Assembly (NCBI GenBank): GCA_964234715.1
Contig: OZ174276.1
Length of the DNA: 64,000 bases
Strand: one strand, 5' to 3'
From: Podarcis melisellensis
Lineage: Eukaryota
The notes beneath the pieces are model-generated. The model made no database searches. It saw nothing but the letters and a program-made list of their open reading frames with translations, and had not been told where the DNA came from. Below, piece after piece: positions 61,597 through 64,000 of the stretch; position 1 is the first letter of the stretch; each line of letters opens with the position of its first letter. Both the position numbers and the translations under genes were made by a program.

Positions 61597-63077
61597 AGCA
61601 TTCTACTTCTTGCCACGTCTTCTCTACAAATCTCTATGCCCCACTCCTAACTTGCAATAGAAAAGCAAAAACTGAGATCTTAGGGCTGATCCTGACTTCT
61701 GTTGTTTAGTGGGTCCATTCTTGTTCAATTTTAATTTCCCTACCTGGAACCATCTCCAGAAAACCTGTGTTTCTTTGTCCACTCTTGGGTAGCACTTAGC
61801 CTGATTTTTCTGCGTGTATCTGTCTTGCTCCACCACCATCTGTGTTTGCCAGGACTCAGAGGGACTGTTCCTAAGAGGGGTGGTTAAGGGTGTTCTAGGC
61901 TGTCAGGACTCCGTTTAGCTCCTCCTCCCATGTTGTTAAGAGGAGTTCTTAAGGGCACTGTGGACTTCTGAGTCATTGGTACTTCCTTTTCCCTTTCCTT
62001 TCTCTGAAGACACTGGGTCCTTTTATTTTTTAGAGGACCAGTTTTGTGATTATGCAGAGATGTGATAAAATGAGGACAGAGGTATGAGCTGATTTATTTA
62101 TTTTTTGACAGGGTCATTTGGAAAATTGGGGGGGGGGGAATCCAGGCAATAATAACTGGAAGAATGCAGTTCAACCTTTTGGAACTCTAATAAAAACTGG
62201 CAGGGGGAGGGGTGCATGGAGAGAAAGGGACAAGAGGAGACTGCCTCACCTCTAGATACAGGAGAAGCAAAGTATAGATGGGCCCTTAGACTTTAAAAAC
62301 AACACTTGACAGCTCTGAAATATTCTACCACAGCTGTAATTATGATGCCCTTCCAACTTCATCATCTTTACACTGATGGAAGCTCAGTTGCTACAAATAT
62401 ACTTAATTTTGATGTGCATATAAGCTGTTTGGAAAACTCACTTGCAACACGACAAGGTCAACAATCAAAAGATGATCAGGTGGTGTCTCATGTACAATGT
62501 AGGTGTTAAAATGAATTCTTACCTTTTAAATGTTTACAATATACTAGTGCAGGAAAACTAGTATTTCAGAAATATGCTGCAGCAGTGCAGCTAAAGTCAA
62601 GAAGGTAAGCAGAGCATTTTTTCAAAGGTTAAGCACATATCTTTCATACACACATGTAATCAAGCACATACAGAAAAATGTTTTCTGGGAAAAAAACTCT
62701 GCTGTATTGTCTGTGCTTAAAGTAGCTGACTTTTTCACAAAGGCATACACTAACAGTATATAATCCACTTTTCACAGTTGAGTGTTTCCTTATTAAAAGC
62801 TACATGGCTAAGTCTGATTGAATTCAGTGAAACTAACTTTGAGGAAACATGCACAACACTGGACTGTTCTATCACATATCAACTCTACCAAAGTTGCATT
62901 CCAGAAACCTCCCCTCTCTTCTTTCTTTGTTGCATGTGTTTGTATGAAACTCAGTATCTCTTAAAGTACTTAAGATGGGTGGGCAAGTCCAAAATCACCT
63001 GGAACTGAAACTATGGAATGCTGGAAAATAAAGGAAAAAATAAATCTTAGCTTTAGATATTAAATTATGGCATTTTA

Positions 63078-63458
<381 letters not shown>

Positions 63459-64000
63459 CTACATCTGCCTCCTAAATCATAAAATAAGAGGTGCACAAAT
63501 GTTTTGAGTTATAGGACTCACCAGTGAGTAGCATGATAAAGTCTTCTCTTAATTATTCTACCTTCTCACATTACAGCCAAAAATCTTGAAATCATAATAG
63601 TCAAGTGACCATCCAATAAGTATCCTTTGCTCATTAAAAGAGACTTTATTTAGTATGATCTGCATTACTTGATTAAAATGTGAAAATGTTAGCTTTGGAA
63701 ATGTACTTTCAGTTCTCTTTTTCCAGATGTCAGTGATAAAATTCCTTTATTTATGTAAGCAACTGAAATAACAGTGATAAAATGAGGCATTGTTTCATGA
63801 AAGCATCTATCCAGCAATAAGACAAAGTACTGTGCCCAAGAAAGACTATTTAATAGTTTTGAATAAATTATAAAATAACAGGTTTGTGATGCACCATGTA
63901 TTTAGTAACACAACTACTTAAGATTCAGTTGGTCAGACAAAAACCAAAACCTAGGCAAACTGTCACGTTCATCTAGGTCTCATATAGACAGTATAGAACA

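Overview
Vertebrate genomic DNA, almost certainly a squamate (Sauria SINEs; the repeat set suggests a lacertid lizard). The window lies inside the GABA-A receptor beta-2 gene (GABRB2, minus strand). It holds five internal coding exons (221, 83, 138, 153 and 245 bp, all GT-AG, phases compatible) running from the ligand-binding domain to the start of the M3-M4 loop. Two intact, very young 5,498-bp Ty3/Gypsy chromoviral LTR retrotransposons of one family (Tf1/sushi-like) sit in the introns either side of the 83-bp exon, both in the host gene's orientation. The most interesting biology is in these elements. (1) The integrase has a degenerate chromodomain followed by two tandem acidic 'F-x(n)-D/E-rich-[F/M]xGF' motifs that resemble LEDGF/p75 IBD-binding (TND-interacting) motifs, a candidate HIV-like host-tethering system. 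(2) There is no tRNA primer-binding site; the PBS is complementary to the predicted first 10-11 nt of the element's own RNA (self-priming), and a covarying U3/R hairpin could mask the 3' copy. (3) The pol ORF runs about 100 codons through U3, over the promoter and primer. (4) An H-type pseudoknot follows a non-canonical -1 slip site. The rest is intron with Sauria SINEs, L2/CR1/L1/RTE-X-like fragments, a hAT MITE, microsatellites, two long near-perfect palindromes and one ~200-N gap. All comparisons were made by eye; no database searches were run.
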